Shown: piece by piece, positions 1 to 11,400 of the stretch
Layout: the number at the start of each line of letters is the position of its first letter
How positions within the stretch are numbered: the stretch's first letter is position 1
Source: Prolixibacteraceae bacterium
GTDB lineage: Bacteria; Bacteroidota; Bacteroidia; Bacteroidales; Prolixibacteraceae
Direction: 5' to 3'
Length of the DNA: 64,000 nt
Assembly: GCA_963662895.1 (NCBI GenBank)
Contig: OY759982.1
Location: 414,884 to 478,883 of the forward strand
The notes under the pieces: model-generated
What the model saw: the letters and a program-made list of their open reading frames with translations, nothing else
What the model was told of the DNA's origin: nothing
The model's database searches: none
Program-made: the position numbers and the translations under genes

Positions 1-1914
1 CATGGCTTCGAAAATGCCTTCAAAGTCTTCGCGTTGGTAAGGTAATAGTTTGACCAGAGCCTTTTCTCGTCCTTCTTTGGTTGAAGAAAGGATCATTTCT
101 CGCATGGCTTTAATACGTTCCCCTTCGAAGAACATGTGTTCTGTACGGCAAAGGCCAATCCCTTTTGCGCCAAAATCACGGGCTGTTTTTGCATCACGTG
201 GTGTATCAGCATTGGTACGGACAGACATGCGGGTGTATTTGTCAGCAAGGTCCATAATTTTTCCAAAATTCCCGCTGATTCCCGCGTCCATAGTCGGGAC
301 TTTTCCTTCGTATACTTCGCCGGTCGAGCCGTTTAATGATATCCAGTCGCCTTCTTTGAATTTTTTATCACCAATGGTCATCACCCTGGCTTTATAGTCG
401 ATTTTAACAGCGCCGGCCCCTGAAACACAACATTTACCCATACCACGGGCAACTACTGCTGCATGTGAGGTCATACCTCCACGGGCAGTCAGGATACCTT
501 TAGCGATATTCATTCCTTCGAGGTCTTCAGGTGAAGTCTCGATACGAACCAATACCGAAGCAGGGTATTTGGTGGCTTCATCGGCAAAGAAAACCATCTG
601 TCCGGTAACTGCTCCCGGCGATGCAGGAAGGCCTTTGACCAGTACGGTTGCCTTTTTCATGGCATTGGTGTCGAATACCGGGTGAAGCAGTTCATCCAGT
701 TTATTCGGTTCGATGCGCAGCAAGACTGTTTTTTCATTGATCATACCTTCATCCAGCATGTCAATGGCAATGTTTACCATTGCTTCGCCGGTACGTTTCC
801 CGTTACGGGTTTGCAGCAACCATAATTTTCCTTCCTGAATGGTAAATTCAAGGTCTTGCATATCTTTATAATGGTTTTCCAGTTTTTGCTGGGTATCGTT
901 CAGTTGTTTGTATAATTCGGGCATGGTTTCTTCCAGCGATGGATAATTGGCTGCACGTTCTTCTTCGCTTACACCGGCCAGTTCGGCCCAACGTTTACTT
1001 CCTTCGAGGGTAATTTGCTGAGGAGTACGGATACCTGCCACCACATCTTCACCCTGTGCATTAATCAGGTATTCTCCGTTGAATATATTTTCCCCGGTAG
1101 CAGCATCCCTGGTAAAAGCAACTCCGGTAGCTGATGTTGGCCCCATATTTCCAAATACCATTGCCTGTACATTCACTGCAGTACCCCATTCGGCCGGAAT
1201 ATTGTTCATTTTCCGGTAATAAATGGCACGTGGGTTCATCCAACTGTCGAATACAGCACAAATGGCTCCCCAGAGTTGTTCCCACGGATCATCAGGAAAC
1301 GTATTTCCTGTATTTTTTAGAACGGCCTCTTTAAACCGGAGAACCAGTAGTTTAAGGTCTTCTGTGGTAAATTCAGTATCCAGGGAGATACCGCGTTCTT
1401 CTTTTAGCTGTTCGATAATTTCCTCAAAAGGATCAATATCCTCCTTGTTCCCGGGTTTCATCCCCAGTACTACATCACCGTACATTTGCACGAATCGGCG
1501 GTACGAATCCCATGCAAAGCGGGGATTACCTGATTTTGAAGCAATACCCTGAACTGCCAGATCATTCAAGCCCAGGTTCAATACCGTGTCCATCATTCCG
1601 GGCATGGAAACTCTTGCTCCCGAACGAACAGAAACCAGGCATGGATTGTCTTTGTCTCCGAATTTTGTGTCGGTTAGTGTTTCAACTTTTGCAACGGAGG
1701 TTTCAACATCTTTCTTAATTAATGCAATAGCTGCATCCCTTCCTTTTTCGTTGTAAATGGTACATACTTCTGTAGTAATAGTAAACCCTGGAGGTACCGG
1801 TACCCCGATCAGGTTCATCTCACTGAGATTGGCTCCTTTACCACCCAGTAAATTTTTCATGTCAGCTTTTCCTTCAGCTGCACCGTTCCCAAACGAATAA
1901 ACATATTTTGCCAT
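1..1914 (-). CDS. ppdK: Pyruvate phosphate dikinase, N-terminal ~637 aa; the C-terminus runs off the window start
   Basis: Reverse-strand translation from the ATG at 1914..1912 gives [44 protein letters not shown], a typical PPDK N-terminus. The catalytic-His motif [12 protein letters not shown] is found on the reverse strand around 450-485. The ORF track omits it because the stop lies outside the window. Confidence 0.85.
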   Translation of the reverse strand, partial: MAKYVYSFGNGAAEGKADMKNLLGGKGANLSEMNLIGVPVPPGFTITTEVCTIYNEKGRDAAIALIKKDVETSVAKVETLTDTKFGDKDNPCLVSVRSGARVSMPGMMDTVLNLGLNDLAVQGIASKSGNPRFAWDSYRRFVQMYGDVVLGMKPGNKEDIDPFEEIIEQLKEERGISLDTEFTTEDLKLLVLRFKEAVLKNTGNTFPDDPWEQLWGAICAVFDSWMNPRAIYYRKMNNIPAEWGTAVNVQAMVFGNMGPTSATGVAFTRDAATGENIFNGEYLINAQGEDVVAGIRTPQQITLEGSKRWAELAGVSEEERAANYPSLEETMPELYKQLNDTQQKLENHYKDMQDLEFTIQEGKLWLLQTRNGKRTGEAMVNIAIDMLDEGMINEKTVLLRIEPNKLDELLHPVFDTNAMKKATVLVKGLPASPGAVTGQMVFFADEATKYPASVLVRIETSPEDLEGMNIAKGILTARGGMTSHAAVVARGMGKCCVSGAGAVKIDYKARVMTIGDKKFKEGDWISLNGSTGEVYEGKVPTMDAGISGNFGKIMDLADKYTRMSVRTNADTPRDAKTARDFGAKGIGLCRTEHMFFEGERIKAMREMILSSTKEGREKALVKLLPYQREDFEGIFEAM

Positions 1915-2260
1915 AATTTAGCATTATTATAATTGGTTAGTGACTATGAATCTGATAATTGAATATGATGCGAAAGTAATCTATATTTTTTAATAATTAA
2001 AACAATAATACCACTTAAAAAAACTGTTTTGAAGCTATCCCGAAATAACATATTCTTTAGTAAAAAGTTTAAAAAACATGATAGCTAAAATAAGTGTACC
2101 TTGATAATATACCCAACCGGTGCTATTGAAAAAATGCAATATTAACATTCTTTAACTTTGCTTCATATGTCTTAACTCTTTACCGCTGTACTTTTGTATT
2201 GACACAAGCAAGAAGTACAAGTAAAATTTTTTCATAGAAAAATAGGTTTGGTTAGGTGAT

Positions 2261-2290
2261 AAGGACGGTAGAGGCCGTCCTTGTTTTTTT
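2261..2290 (+). terminator. Rho-independent terminator-like hairpin (AAGGACGG-TAGAGG-CCGTCCTT followed by GTTTTTTT)
   Basis: Perfect 8-bp GC-rich stem plus a 7-U tract on the plus strand. No plus-strand gene lies upstream in the window. Confidence 0.4.
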
Positions 2291-2445
2291 AAGCACTGCC
2301 AATTTTTCTTTTCTTTTATATTCTGTTTCGGAATAAACTTCATGTATATCAGTTATTTACAGTCAAAATGTCATTGCCCGGGGTACTGGCAGAAATATTG
2401 AAAGGGACATGCATCAAGATTGTTTAATCTTAAAAATGATGAACT

Positions 2446-5031
2446 ATGAATTTCAATAATTTTACCATAAAATCGCAGGAGGCTGTGCAACAGGCTTTTG
2501 TTATTGCACAGGGCTACAACCATCAGGCTGTTGAAACAGGCCATTTACTGAAGGGGTTATTACATGCAGCAGAAAACACGACAAGTTTTCTGCTTAAAAA
2601 ATTGGGGGTAAATGTTCCTGTACTTCAAAAGGCACTTGATAAAATCATTGAATCGTACCCAAAAGTAGTGGGGGCTGAGCAATATTTATCCAATGATACA
2701 AATCGTAGTCTGCAAAAGTCAATTTCGCTTGCACAAAAGATGGGCGACCAGTTTGTTTCGGTCGAGCATATTTTACTGGCCTTACTCGAATCAGGAGGTA
2801 CCATCAGCAGCCTTTTGAAAGACAGTGGTGTCACCCGGAAAGAACTGGAAGCCGCGATACTTGAACTTAGGAAAGGTGCTAAAGTTGACAGTCAGACGGC
2901 TGAAGATAAATTCAATTCATTAAACCGTTTTGCTGTTAACCTGAACGAGCGTGCCCGCAACGGGAAACTTGACCCGGTGATTGGCCGTGATGATGAGATC
3001 AGACGGATTCTGCAAATATTGACCAGACGAACCAAAAACAATCCGATACTGATAGGGGAACCGGGAACCGGGAAAACAGCCATTGCCGAAGGATTGGCTC
3101 ACCGTATCGTGCGTGGTGATGTGCCCGAAAACCTGAAGACGAAACAGTTGTTTTCGCTTGATATGGGAGCTTTGATCGCCGGGGCCAAATACAAGGGAGA
3201 ATTTGAAGAAAGGTTAAAAGCCGTGGTTAACGAGGTCGTTAATTCGAACGGGGAAATCATTCTTTTTATCGATGAAATACATACCCTTGTGGGGGCTGGA
3301 AAAAGCGAAGGGGCCATGGATGCGGCAAATATTTTAAAACCGGCACTGGCCCGGGGTGACCTGCGTGCCATTGGTGCGACCACACTAAATGAATACCAGA
3401 AATATTTTGAGAAAGATAAAGCGCTGGAGCGCCGTTTTCAGGTTGTAATGGTGGACGAACCGGATACTTTAAGTGCAATTTCAATTTTAAGAGGATTGAA
3501 AGAACGGTACGAAAATCATCACAAAGTGAGGATCAAAGATGAAGCCATTATTGCCTCGGTTGAACTATCTCAACGATATATCTCCGACCGTTTTTTGCCC
3601 GATAAAGCCATTGACCTGATGGATGAAGCAGCTGCTAAATTGCGGTTGGAAATGGATTCAGTGCCGGAAGAACTGGACGAAATTGAACGCCGGATCAAAC
3701 AGTTGGAAATTGAACGGGAAGCTATCAAACGTGAGAAAGATGAAGTAAAACTTTCGAAGTTGAATGAGGAAATTGCCAACCTGAAAGATGAACAATCGAA
3801 ATACCGGGCACAGTGGCAAACTGAAAAATCGCTGATTGATGGTATCCAGAAAAATAAGACTGATATTGAGAACCTGAAATTTGAGGCCGAACAGGCTGAA
3901 CGTGCCGGCGACTTTGGCCGGGTAGCCGAGATCAGGTACGGAAAAATTAAAGAAGCCGAAGCTGAAATTGAACGGATAAAAGGTGAGCTTGTCCAAATGA
4001 AGTCCGAGGCTATGATCAAAGAGGAAGTGGACGCTGAGGATATTTCTGAAGTGGTTTCGCGTTGGACAGGCATTCCTGTTTCGCGAATGTTGCAGAGCGA
4101 ACGCGACAAGCTGCTTCATCTTGAGGAAGAGTTACACAAACGTGTGGTAGGGCAAAACGAAGCGATCCATGCAGTTGCTGATGCCGTACGCCGGAGCAGG
4201 GCCGGGCTTCAGGATGAAAAACGTCCGATTGGTTCGTTTATTTTTCTGGGAACAACCGGGGTCGGTAAAACCGAGCTCGCCAAAGCACTGGCCGAATTCC
4301 TGTTTGATGATGAAAATATGATGACCCGTATCGATATGTCGGAATACCAGGAGAAATTTTCGGTGACCCGGTTAATTGGCTCGCCTCCGGGGTATGTAGG
4401 CTACGACGAAGGAGGACAACTGACTGAAGCTGTACGCCGGAAACCATATTCCGTGGTGCTGTTCGACGAAATTGAAAAAGCACATCCCGAAGTTTTTAAT
4501 GTGTTGCTTCAGGTACTCGACGATGGACGTTTGACCGATAACAAAGGCAGGGTGGTTAATTTTAAGAATACGATTATTATCATGACCTCAAACCTGGGAT
4601 CCCATTTGATTCAAAGTAACTTTGAAAAAATGAATGATGCCAACCGGGGCGAGATGATGGAAAAAACGAGGGAACAATTATTTGACTTGCTGAAAAAAAC
4701 CATCCGTCCGGAGTTTTTGAACAGGATTGACGAAGCCATCGTGTTTACTCCGTTGACCAAAACAGATATTCGGGAGATTGTCCGCCTTCAATTCAACCGT
4801 ATTGTTGAAAGACTGGAGAAACAGGATGTCTCAATCAGTATTTCTGATAAGGCAATCAACTGGATCGGGGCTGTGGGGTACGATCCGCAATACGGGGCGC
4901 GTCCGGTAAAACGGCTTCTTCAGAAATATATTCTGAATGAATTATCGAAAACCATTCTGGAAGGAAAAATAAGCAAGGGGCAACCTATCGTGATTGATAT
5001 GGTGAATGATGAATTGGTCTTCAGAAATTAA
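2446..5031 (+). CDS. clpB: ATP-dependent chaperone ClpB (861 aa, two AAA+ modules with a coiled-coil M-domain)
   Basis: N-terminal Clp_N repeats, Walker A motifs GEPGTGKT and GTTGVGKT, a long coiled-coil middle region, and a length typical of ClpB. Confidence 0.95.
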   Translation: MNFNNFTIKSQEAVQQAFVIAQGYNHQAVETGHLLKGLLHAAENTTSFLLKKLGVNVPVLQKALDKIIESYPKVVGAEQYLSNDTNRSLQKSISLAQKMGDQFVSVEHILLALLESGGTISSLLKDSGVTRKELEAAILELRKGAKVDSQTAEDKFNSLNRFAVNLNERARNGKLDPVIGRDDEIRRILQILTRRTKNNPILIGEPGTGKTAIAEGLAHRIVRGDVPENLKTKQLFSLDMGALIAGAKYKGEFEERLKAVVNEVVNSNGEIILFIDEIHTLVGAGKSEGAMDAANILKPALARGDLRAIGATTLNEYQKYFEKDKALERRFQVVMVDEPDTLSAISILRGLKERYENHHKVRIKDEAIIASVELSQRYISDRFLPDKAIDLMDEAAAKLRLEMDSVPEELDEIERRIKQLEIEREAIKREKDEVKLSKLNEEIANLKDEQSKYRAQWQTEKSLIDGIQKNKTDIENLKFEAEQAERAGDFGRVAEIRYGKIKEAEAEIERIKGELVQMKSEAMIKEEVDAEDISEVVSRWTGIPVSRMLQSERDKLLHLEEELHKRVVGQNEAIHAVADAVRRSRAGLQDEKRPIGSFIFLGTTGVGKTELAKALAEFLFDDENMMTRIDMSEYQEKFSVTRLIGSPPGYVGYDEGGQLTEAVRRKPYSVVLFDEIEKAHPEVFNVLLQVLDDGRLTDNKGRVVNFKNTIIIMTSNLGSHLIQSNFEKMNDANRGEMMEKTREQLFDLLKKTIRPEFLNRIDEAIVFTPLTKTDIREIVRLQFNRIVERLEKQDVSISISDKAINWIGAVGYDPQYGARPVKRLLQKYILNELSKTILEGKISKGQPIVIDMVNDELVFRN

Positions 5032-5068
5032 ATCTCTAATTTTATCCACTGAATTTTTCGGATGTTAT

Positions 5069-5653
5069 ATGCAAAAACGAACCAATGCCAGCCAGTTGAT
5101 TGAACAGTTGAAAAAAGGCGATGCTGCTGCTTTCGATGCACTGTTTGAAGAATACGGGCAGAAATTGTTTGGCTTTGCCATGAAATATATGAAGTCGGAA
5201 CCCGAAGCAGAGGATTTGGTACAGGAAGTTTTTGTCCGGGTTTGGGAAAAACGGAAATCATTGAAGTCCGATTATTCGTTCAAGTCTTATCTGTTTACTA
5301 TTGCGCTTAATCAAATCCGCAAATTTTTCAATAAAAAAGCTATTGCCTTGCACTATTTTGCTGAAATGAAATACATGGAGGCCGATTCGGACAATAATAT
5401 GGTTAAATCAATCGATTATGCATCTATCCTGGAACAGGTTGACCGGATTGTCGATAAATTACCGGAACGTAAAAGGCTGATTTTTCTGAAAAGCCGGAAA
5501 GAAGGCAAATCGTCAAAAGAAATAGCGGAAGAACTGCAAATTACCGTTGGCACAGTAGACAACCAGGTTTCTGATGCCCTTCGGATTATCCGCAATGCTT
5601 TAAAAAATGAGAACTTATCGCTGTTGCTTTTCCTTGCCCTTTTTCTGGCTTAA
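5069..5653 (+). CDS. ECF-type RNA polymerase sigma-70 factor. The likely start is ATG 5069; the track start 5006 overlaps the clpB 3' end.
   Basis: Sigma70 region 2 (DLVQEVFVRVWEKR) and a region 4 HTH (SKEIAEELQITVGTVDNQVSDALRII). The size is typical of Bacteroidetes PUL-associated ECF sigmas. Confidence 0.85.
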   Translation: MQKRTNASQLIEQLKKGDAAAFDALFEEYGQKLFGFAMKYMKSEPEAEDLVQEVFVRVWEKRKSLKSDYSFKSYLFTIALNQIRKFFNKKAIALHYFAEMKYMEADSDNNMVKSIDYASILEQVDRIVDKLPERKRLIFLKSRKEGKSSKEIAEELQITVGTVDNQVSDALRIIRNALKNENLSLLLFLALFLA

Positions 5654-5749
5654 CTTATGGAACAGTCACAGAATTGAAGGTTATTATTTTTTTATTTGAA
5701 TTTGTACAATTTTAAGATAATACTTTAAATTTGTACAAAAGATAATCAA

Positions 5750-6910
5750 ATGATCAAACGAGATATTATTTCAAAGTTTAGGGAGTACGAACAATATTAT
5801 CAGGTAATCAGTCTTAACGGGCCACGTCAGAGCGGAAAGAGCACCTTTATACAGAATGCTGTAAAAGATTTGCCATATATTAATCTTGAAGCACCTGACG
5901 AACGGGAATTTGCATTGGGTGATCCGAAGTATTTTTTGAAAAGGTTCCCATATGGTGCAGTAATTGATGAGGTACAATATGCACCGAAATTGTTTTCTTA
6001 TATACAGGTATTGACAGATGCCAATAGAAAGATAAAATTTTATCTTACTGGTTCCCAGAACTTCATAATGCAGGATAATATTACGCAGTCGCTTGCTGGA
6101 AGGGTCGGGATACTTACATTATTGCCCTTTTCTTTTCAGGAACTTTCCAATGCGAACTCTGCTTTTGCAGATGACAGTTCCTTGCAGCAGTACACCGGTT
6201 TTTATCCTCGTATTTATGACCGGAAGATTCCACCACGTGAATTTTACCGTAACTATGTCAACACTTATTTAGAGCGGGATGTACAGGGACTTATCCAGGC
6301 AGGGAACCTTAGCCAGTTCAACCGTTTTATTGCCCTAACAGCCGGACGTTCAGGACAAATACTTAATTACCAATCGCTTGCTAGCGATACAGGGGTTTCT
6401 GTTCCAACCATCCAAACATGGTTGAGTATACTTGAAAAAAGTTATATCGTTTTTCGGCTTTCTCCTTACTATCATAATTACAATAAACGAATCGTGAAAT
6501 CGCCAAAATTATATTTTTACGACACAGGTTTATTATGCTATCTGCTCAATATTGAGAAGCCTGAACAATTATCCACTCACTTTGCAAAAGGCGCAATTTT
6601 TGAAAATTACGTATTGGCAGAACTATTAAAACTACGGTTTAACCGTGGTTTTCCCGCTAATATGTTTTACTGGAAAGACAATCATAACAAGGAAATAGAT
6701 GCTGTTATCGAAAGTGGGGAAGGAGTATTGGCAATAGAGATAAAAAGTGCGCTTACATTTTCATCATCTTTTTTTGACAATATAACTTACTGGGGTAAAT
6801 TAAGCCCCCGGAACCGGCAGGGTATTGTTATTTATGGCGGAGATAAAAGTTTCTCCACTACTCATGGACCGGTTGTTTCCTGGAACCGGTTGTCAGAAAT
6901 TGAATATTGA
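5750..6910 (+). CDS. AAA+ ATPase (AAA_14 / DUF4143 family)
   Basis: P-loop GPRQSGKST near the N-terminus. Length and C-terminal region are typical of DUF4143 ATPases. The gene sits between sigma and anti-sigma. Confidence 0.75.
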   Translation: MIKRDIISKFREYEQYYQVISLNGPRQSGKSTFIQNAVKDLPYINLEAPDEREFALGDPKYFLKRFPYGAVIDEVQYAPKLFSYIQVLTDANRKIKFYLTGSQNFIMQDNITQSLAGRVGILTLLPFSFQELSNANSAFADDSSLQQYTGFYPRIYDRKIPPREFYRNYVNTYLERDVQGLIQAGNLSQFNRFIALTAGRSGQILNYQSLASDTGVSVPTIQTWLSILEKSYIVFRLSPYYHNYNKRIVKSPKLYFYDTGLLCYLLNIEKPEQLSTHFAKGAIFENYVLAELLKLRFNRGFPANMFYWKDNHNKEIDAVIESGEGVLAIEIKSALTFSSSFFDNITYWGKLSPRNRQGIVIYGGDKSFSTTHGPVVSWNRLSEIEY

Positions 6911-6958
6911 TTACAATAAAATTTTACTTTAACAGATTTAGCAAAGAAGACCTATTTT

Positions 6959-7100
6959 TCTGATTTTATACCCCAACCCCAAGGGGAGAAATCAGAAGAA
7001 TCCATCCGGTTCCCCCCGGGGATTAGGGTAAAACGGATGGATTTTTCGATTTTGAAGGAAGCTGTCAAAGTAGTCCCTCAGTATAGGGAAAATCCAGTTG
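6959..7100 (+). promoter_or_regulatory. Structured leader element: two stem-loops (6959-6996; 6999-7043 with a CCCCCCGGGG loop) plus a conserved block shared with 58143-58245
   Basis: Inverted repeats TCTGATTT/AAATCAGA and AATCCATCCG/CGGATGGATT. The core CCCCCGGGGNTTAGGGTAAAACGGATGGATTTT is 31/32 identical to the copy upstream of the second sigma gene. Confidence 0.4.
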
Positions 7101-7278
7101 CCAGAAGAATAACAAAAAAAGAGAATTAAATATTTGAGTATGTAACATGTAGAGCTCGTTGTAATAATTTTTCATATCTGACCATGAGATTCGCCCGGCT
7201 TATGGATATTAACTAGTGAATGCAGGATATTGTGAGGAAGATTAGTTAAAAACAAAGGGAATACAGGGAAAGGTTTAT

Positions 7279-8295
7279 ATGAAAAATCAATTCGGCACAT
7301 TATTTCAAAAATACCAGGAAGGGCAGCTTAGCCTGAAAGAAGAGTTTCTTTTGGCCAGGATGATTTCCGATCCTTCAAATACGGAAGTTGACAGGTATAT
7401 TAAAAATGATTTTCAGGAAGAGCTAAAAAATCCGGTTTCTGAAAAAAAGGAAATGCAGCATATCCTTCATGCCATTCACCACCGGCTGAATCTGAGGCAA
7501 TCAGAGAAACGGAAAAGCAAGGTTTTACGTATTTATCAATGGACATCGAGGATTGCCGCGATTCTGTTTGTGCCGTTTTTTATAATCAGTATTTATCTTT
7601 TTATGAATCAACATATAAAGCAGGAGCAGGCAACCCGTTTGCAAATTATTGCACCGGAAAGTTCTCGTGTTAGTTTTGAATTACCCGACGGGACCAAAGG
7701 GATATTGAACGGTGGTTCTGTTCTTGATTATTCTTCTGCTTTTACTGAAAACAGGCATGTGAAACTTTCGGGCGAAGCTTATTTCGATGTTGCTCATGAT
7801 ATGAAGCACCTGTTTACCATTGATGCAAATAATGATAAAATCCAGGTCGTTGGTACCAGGTTTACCCTGGCTGCCTGGCCGGACGATCACCAGACAGAAC
7901 TGGTTTTGGAAGAGGGGAAGGTAATGTTTCATACCGGGAGAAAAACTTATGCTGTTTTGCCAGGTCAGCGTATTGTTGAAAAAAACGGGAACCCGGAACT
8001 TTCGGAAGTGGAGACCTGGAAATATACCGGATGGAAAGATGGACGATTGATTTTTCGCAACGATTCGATGGAAGAACTGGCCCGGCGTATCTCGCATTGG
8101 TATAACGTAGATATAGAATTCGATAAAAGCAGTCTGAAAAATTATACATTCCGCGGTGTTTTTGAGGACGATCCGTTGGAAGAAGTACTCCGGTTACTAA
8201 AAATTACTTCACCAATTGATTACAAAATAGAGGACCGCCATATAAATGAAGATGGAAGTTTTAGTCCCCAAAAAGTAATAATCACAAAAAAATAA
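7279..8295 (+). CDS. FecR-family anti-sigma factor (FecR + DUF4974 C-terminal domain), single TM
   Basis: Central hydrophobic segment. FecR-like region (LPDGTKGILNGGSVLDY...GEAYFDV) and C-terminal RISHWYNVDIEFD motif characteristic of Bacteroidetes anti-sigma factors. Confidence 0.85.
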   Translation: MKNQFGTLFQKYQEGQLSLKEEFLLARMISDPSNTEVDRYIKNDFQEELKNPVSEKKEMQHILHAIHHRLNLRQSEKRKSKVLRIYQWTSRIAAILFVPFFIISIYLFMNQHIKQEQATRLQIIAPESSRVSFELPDGTKGILNGGSVLDYSSAFTENRHVKLSGEAYFDVAHDMKHLFTIDANNDKIQVVGTRFTLAAWPDDHQTELVLEEGKVMFHTGRKTYAVLPGQRIVEKNGNPELSEVETWKYTGWKDGRLIFRNDSMEELARRISHWYNVDIEFDKSSLKNYTFRGVFEDDPLEEVLRLLKITSPIDYKIEDRHINEDGSFSPQKVIITKK

Positions 8296-8405
8296 ATACC
8301 AGATGAAGAAAAGTCCTTAAAAAATAAAAAACAGGCAGACGCTCCACCGCCTACCTGTCACTGTGTTAATTATCAATGTAGTTAATAATTTAACGAGCTA
8401 AATTT

Positions 8406-11400
8406 ATGAAAAAATTATTGAAAACAGGGGGATGGGATTCTCATGCCTTGGAAAAATGTTTTAAAACTATGAAGATTTTTCTTTTTGTAATGATTCTGAG
8501 TATAGGACAGTTGCTGGCCATTGATTCCTATTCTCAAAGAACAAAACTTTCCTTGGATTTCGAAGGGACAAGATTGGTCGACGTTTTGGATGAAATTGAA
8601 AACAAAACAGAGTTTTTCTTTCTTTTTAATGAAAAATTAATTGATCTGGACAGGAAAGTGGATATTCATGTGAATGATCAGGGAATTACTGAAATATTGG
8701 AAACCCTTTTTAAAGGGACTAATGTGAAATACCAGATCGTTGACAGAAAGATTGTACTTTCTCCGAAAAATTCATTTCAGCCGTTACAAAAAACGGTTAC
8801 CGGAAAAGTGACCGACTCTTCCGGCGCTCCTTTGCCTGGTGTAACAGTAATAGTAAAAAGAACTACCCAGGGTATTATTACTGATGCCAACGGGAATTAC
8901 TCTCTTTCCAATATTCCAGGCGATGCAATTTTAGTATTTTCATTTGTAGGGATGAAAACACAGGAAATATCGGTTGCCGGGAAGACAGATATTAATATTG
9001 TCCTTGCAGAGGAACTTATTGGTATTGAAGAGGTTGTTGCTGTGGGCTATGGAGCAATCGCGAAAAAGGAACTTACCTCCGCAATTTCGCATGTATCGAG
9101 TGAAGATTTCCTGAATGTGGCCAGCATTGATCCGACGATGCAGATTCAGGGGAAAGTTTCCGGCGTTTCGATTACCAATACAGGCAGCGGGGATCCGAAC
9201 AATCAGGCCAACATTCAAGTGAGAGGAATTTCATCAAGGTCGGCAGGACTGGGCCCGCTGATTGTCATAGACGGAGTTCCCGGAGGAAACCTGACTAATA
9301 TCAATGTAAATGACATTAAGTCGATTGATGTGCTGAAGGATGGTGCCGCTTCTGCTATTTACGGAACCAGAGGAAGTAACGGAGTGGTATTGATCACAAC
9401 GAAATCAGGGAAAAAAGACGGGAATTTATATACTTCCTATCATGGCTATGTGTCGGCAGACATCATGAAAGATGAACTGAGACCTCTAAGTGCACAGGAA
9501 TTCAGGGAATACCGGGTTCCAAAAAATCAGGGAGTAGACCAGGGCGGAAATACCGACTGGATGGATGCTGTTACCCGGACTGGTTTTACTCATAGCCATA
9601 CCATAACTTTTGCAGGCGGAACAGCCAATAGTAATTACCGTGCAAGCGGGGATTATCGTAAATCTGAAGGTATTGATCTTCGTTCAGACCGGAAGGAATA
9701 CGGAGCCCGGCTTTCATTTCACCATACAACAAACAGCGGGTTGTTTAATTTCTCGGTTAATGTTACTCCCCGGGCAATTTACCGGAATAATGCCGATTGG
9801 AGTGTCTTTAAAGCAGCGCTGGAAGCAAATCCGACCACACCGGTTTTTGATCCGGAGAATCCGCTACAATATGCTAACTTCAATGGTCAGGCAGCAGATT
9901 TCAATCCGGTAGAATTACTTAAACTGGAGGAAAGCGGCGGTGAGACGAAGCTACTCGACTGGGATGCTACGGTAAAATTGAATTTGCTGCCATTACTGAC
10001 TGACAGGAAGAAGGCAACCCATTCTTTAAACACTCAGGTAACGATCGCCCAGCAGCAAAATGACAATTTTGATTATTGGTTTCGTCCGGCCATAAGTACT
10101 CAAGCTATTAATTCAGGACGGCAAGGTGAGGCTAATCGCAAGTATTCGAAAAGTCGTCAGGAAAGCCTGGAATGGGTCGGTAATTATTTAACAGAAATGA
10201 ATGGTCATAAAATCAAAGCAATGGTCGGCTATTCGTATCAGTATTTTCAATATTCGGAATTATATGCTGAAAATAAGGATTTTCCATCGGATGTTCTGAG
10301 TTACAACAATCTTGGTGTTGGAGAATGGACAAAGGAAGAGGGTAGAACCGGCATGAGCACAGGTAAAAATGACTCCAGATTGATCGGATTTTTTGGCCGG
10401 GTAAGCTATGATTATAAAGGGCGTTATTTACTGACCGCTTCACTCCGGTATGAAGGATCGTCAAAATTCGGAGAAAACAATAAGTGGGGGTATTTTCCTG
10501 CGACATCGTTAGGATGGCGAATAAGCGACGAGCCTTTTATGGCCCATGTCCGTTTTGTAGATGATCTCAAATTACGGGCAGACCTGGGTGTTACCGGGAA
10601 CCAGAACTTTGATAACTACAGGTCTTTGGCTACTATGCAAGGGTTTGGCAGCTATTATTATAATGGTGAATATTTCACGGTATGGGGCCCTGGGAAAAAT
10701 GCAAATCCTGACCTAAAGTGGGAAAAAGGAGTGAACTGGAATGTGGGTATCGATTTTTCTGTATTTGATCATGTTGTAAGTGGATCGCTGAATTATTATA
10801 ACAGAAGGCAAAGCGATCTTCTGGGGGACTATAATGTATCGGTACCTCCTTATTTGTTTCCCACAACTTTTGTAAACGTAGGAACATTGAAGAATATGGG
10901 GATAGAGATCGATTTGAATATTAATGCTATGAAAACCAGAAAATTTAGCTATCAGGTCGGATTAGTCGGGGCGACTAACCAGAACAAATTTGTCGATTTC
11001 TCAAATTCTGTTTATACTGGCCAGGACTATTCCTGGACATGCTGGATGGAAAGTCCGGGGAATCCCGGAAATCTTCAGCAAATAAGGAAGGGCGAACGTT
11101 TGGGGAATTTCGTGACCTGGGCCTTTGCCGGAATTGATGAAACAGGTAACTGGCTGGTCTGGAACAAGGAAAATACTGAAAAAATCCCTATTAGCGAAGC
11201 CACGGATGATGACAAACGTATTACAGGTAACGGACTGCCTAAAGTTACAGCATCGTTAACCAACTCTTTCACATATAAAAATTGGGATTTAACATTATAT
11301 TTCAGGGGAGCATTCGGATATGATCTGTATAACGTGCATGACCTGTACTATGGCCTGCAAAGTGCTCCCGGAAATGTTTTAAGGAAGGCATACGGCAAGA

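Noticed and set aside
50-1718. Plus-strand ORFs of 66-115 aa at the window start (50-397, 1223-1552, 1512-1718)
   Set aside because: They lie opposite the clearly coding minus-strand ppdK frame, whose catalytic TSHAAV motif was verified, so they are spurious antisense ORFs.
5006-5068. Sigma-factor start at 5006 overlapping the clpB 3' end by 26 nt
   Set aside because: An internal ATG at 5069 gives a typical ECF-sigma length (~195 aa) and avoids the overlap. The longer N-terminus (MMNWSSEIKSLILSTEFFGCY) has no sigma-like features. Kept as an alternative only.
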